Shown: positions 62,125 to 64,000 of the stretch, one piece after another | How the letters are laid out: every line of letters begins with the position of its first letter | Position numbering within the stretch: position 1 is the first letter of the stretch | Assembly (NCBI GenBank): GCA_002421665.1 | Contig: DISH01000003.1 | Location: 39,291-103,290, forward strand | Source: Candidatus Omnitrophica bacterium UBA6215 | Lineage (GTDB): Bacteria; Omnitrophota; Gorgyraeia; Pluralincolimonadales; Pluralincolimonadaceae | Length of the DNA stretch: 64,000 nucleotides | Direction: 5' to 3' | Translations under genes and position numbers: made by a program | Notes under the pieces: generated by a model | The model's database searches: none | The model's input: only the letters and a program-made list of their open reading frames with translations | Told to the model about the DNA's origin: nothing

Positions 62125-62912
62125 TGAAGAAGGTCCTCGCGGCCCTATGCGCGGCAGCCGTTTCATCCTGCGTTTTTGCGCAGCAGGCCGATGATTATGC
62201 CCGGCGGCGCGGCATGATGGTGGATTCGCAGGTGATATCGCGCGGGATAAAGGACGCGAGGATAACCGGCGCTATAGATGCCGTAGAAAGGCATAAGTTC
62301 GTTCCCGAAGGGATGAGGGAATATGCTTATGATGATATATCCCTCCCTGTCGGCGAGGACGAGGCTATACCTCCGGCGTATTTTGTCGCGTTGGTCGCCA
62401 GGATGGCGGACTTAAAAGCCCGGGATAAGGTCCTTATAATCGGGGTCGAAGGCGGTTACCAGGCGGCCGTATTCTCCATGCTCGCGGGCCGGGTATATTG
62501 TGTGGAATCATCGGAAAAACTTGCGCAGCAGGCGGAAGACAGGTTGGAGTCCATGGGCTGCCGGAACGTTCATATAAAGTCCGGGCAGGTAACGGCCGGT
62601 TGGCTGGAACGCGCCCCTTTCGAAGTCATAGTCATAACCAACCAGATGGATTACGCGCCCCGCCCGGTTATAGAACAATTAATGATGAACGGCAAACTCA
62701 TCATGCCGCTCAGGGAATATGCAGGGAAGAAGCTTATAGTATTGACCAAGGTCCCGGATAAGGACGGAAAGGGATACCGGCTGTCCGGGACATTCGTGGG
62801 CCCGTTTGCGGGAGAAAATCCCGTCGATTTTAACAAGAAGGTCGATGTGCGCCCCGAGGGAAAAAAATGGATTTCCGGGAAAGACGGCAAGTGGATGAAG
62901 AAGAATAAATGA
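62121..62912 (+). CDS. pcm: Protein-L-isoaspartate O-methyltransferase with an N-terminal signal peptide and a Lys-rich C-terminal extension.
   Basis: PIMT motifs 'AYDDISLPVGEDEAIPPAYFVALVARMADL' and the SAM-binding 'VLIIGVEGGYQAAVFS'. Signal peptide 'MKKVLAALCAAAVSSCVFAQQ'. ATGA overlap with the preceding gene. Confidence 0.85.
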   Translation: MMKKVLAALCAAAVSSCVFAQQADDYARRRGMMVDSQVISRGIKDARITGAIDAVERHKFVPEGMREYAYDDISLPVGEDEAIPPAYFVALVARMADLKARDKVLIIGVEGGYQAAVFSMLAGRVYCVESSEKLAQQAEDRLESMGCRNVHIKSGQVTAGWLERAPFEVIVITNQMDYAPRPVIEQLMMNGKLIMPLREYAGKKLIVLTKVPDKDGKGYRLSGTFVGPFAGENPVDFNKKVDVRPEGKKWISGKDGKWMKKNK

Positions 62913-64000
62913 AAAAACTGCTGGTTGTTTTTATGTTGGCCGCCTCATCATCTGCCTTTGCGCAGTCCGGAGCGATGGACCCGTCGGCTTTCTATGATTA
63001 TGCCAAGAGCGCTCCCGTCTGTAGCCTCGAGATAAAAGAAAGCACCCGGGAATACACGCATTTTTCTTTCAGCTACCCGTCATGCTTCCCGACGTGCTAT
63101 CCGGATAACGCGGTCTACATGGATTTCTACGAGCCAAAAGGGGAAGGCAAATATCCCGCGGTAATATTCCTCAGCCATATAGCCGGGGGCATACCGGAGA
63201 TAGAGGGAGAGTTCTGCCGGGACCTTGCCTCGAGCGGGATAGGCGTCCTTCTGGTCCAGACGGCTTACCAGAAGAATTACAGCTTCGGCAGGAAGTGGCT
63301 TGCCGAGAACCTGAAGAAGAACGGCGAGGACGCGATAGTCCAGCTCTTCAGGCAGATAGTGATCGAGGCCCGCCGCGGCATAGACTGGATCGAGACGCGC
63401 CCGAGGGTAGACAGGGAAAAGATAGGCGCTATGGGCATAAGCCTCGGGGGTATCGCGGTACCGGTACTTGCGGGCGTGGATGAGCGCGTGAAGTCCATGG
63501 TCATACTGCTCGGCGGCGGCGGAATGGGAGATATAATCTGGAACGGTTTCGCGACCAAGCTCTTTAAGGAGCGGCTCGAGGAGGAAGGTATAACTTCGGC
63601 GCAAGAACTCGAGAAAAAGGTCTGGATGATAGACCCGGTCAATTTCGCGGATAAACTCAAAGGCCGGTCCGTCATGATGATAAACGCGCACTTCGACACG
63701 AGCATACCCCACGCCAATACCATAGAACTCTGGAAGGCCCTCGGGAAGCCGCAGCTTATATGGATCCCTACGGGGCATTTCGTTTCTTTCTTCGAGATGG
63801 GTTACGTGAAGATGAAGACCTTCCAATTCTTCTATGCCGAATTCATAGACAGGGACAAGGCAAAGGACATAGGCCTGGCCTATTATCCGGACGTCCCTAT
63901 AGAGTCTTTCAGGATATATACCCGCGCGATGCTTCCGCGCAAGATCGCTTTTAATATGGACGGCGATTTCGGCGGAGGGCACAAGGACGGTACGATGGGT
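62909..64000 (+). CDS. Secreted alpha/beta hydrolase (dienelactone hydrolase / esterase-like), 3'-truncated at the window edge.
   Basis: Plus-strand ORF with signal peptide 'MKKLLVVFMLAASSSAFAQ', GxSxG 'GISLGG' and a 'PTGHF' His region. It runs off the window end. This call is preferred over the antisense 63080-63982 ORF. Confidence 0.6.
   Translation, partial: MKKLLVVFMLAASSSAFAQSGAMDPSAFYDYAKSAPVCSLEIKESTREYTHFSFSYPSCFPTCYPDNAVYMDFYEPKGEGKYPAVIFLSHIAGGIPEIEGEFCRDLASSGIGVLLVQTAYQKNYSFGRKWLAENLKKNGEDAIVQLFRQIVIEARRGIDWIETRPRVDREKIGAMGISLGGIAVPVLAGVDERVKSMVILLGGGGMGDIIWNGFATKLFKERLEEEGITSAQELEKKVWMIDPVNFADKLKGRSVMMINAHFDTSIPHANTIELWKALGKPQLIWIPTGHFVSFFEMGYVKMKTFQFFYAEFIDRDKAKDIGLAYYPDVPIESFRIYTRAMLPRKIAFNMDGDFGGGHKDGTMG

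Noticed and set aside
63080-63982. 300-aa minus-strand ORF at the window end.
   Set aside because: The plus strand over the same region encodes a signal-peptide alpha/beta hydrolase with a GISLGG nucleophile elbow, starting at an ATGA overlap with pcm. The minus ORF is R/Y/E-rich with no motifs.

Overview
This 64 kb window is a gene-dense bacterial chromosomal segment of about 50% GC with frequent AGG/AGA and ATA codons. It is not obviously a mobile or phage island. It contains five main blocks:

(1) Housekeeping genes: the 3' end of glmS, rsmI, a lone lpxA, and a PilZ-transmembrane-coiled-coil-glycoside-hydrolase-like fusion protein.

(2) A complete Bacillus-style pyrimidine operon, pyrR-pyrB-pyrC-carA-carB-pyrK-pyrD-pyrF-pyrE. 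It has a PyrR-type attenuator in its leader. A lipoprotein gene and a PHP-domain (EndoQ-like) gene are inserted between pyrC and carA.

(3) An 18 kb minus-strand bioenergetic block. It holds an 11-subunit NDH-1 (nuoABCDHIJKLMN, no nuoEFG), then a secreted coiled-coil retropepsin-like aspartic protease, then the F1Fo ATP synthase operon (atpZ-like, atpBEFHAGDC), then a CPA2 antiporter.

(4) A plus-strand accessory lipid-metabolism cluster preceded by cspA and a Nudix gene. It contains MarR, an alpha/beta hydrolase, a membrane hexapeptide acyltransferase, an ElbD-like FAAL-ACP-acyltransferase fusion, a CDP-alcohol phosphatidyltransferase plus a CdsA-like cytidylyltransferase, two PaaK-like adenylating enzymes, and a 1428-aa double-activase/hydroxyacyl-CoA-dehydratase-like fusion that resembles the anaerobic plasmalogen synthase PlsA/PlsR family.

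(5) mazG, a TPR-HExxH protein, era, and a TPR membrane protein. These are followed by a candidate c-di-GMP-I (GEMM) riboswitch with an intrinsic terminator, which sits in front of a gene for a cNMP-binding/pseudo-MinD/patatin phospholipase. After that come a FixC homolog, an acyl-CoA synthetase, a lysophospholipase-like hydrolase, an M23 peptidase, a signal-peptide PIMT and a partial alpha/beta hydrolase.

No rRNA, tRNA, CRISPR or transposase genes were recognised. The most novel candidates are the lipid cluster and the riboswitch-controlled phospholipase.
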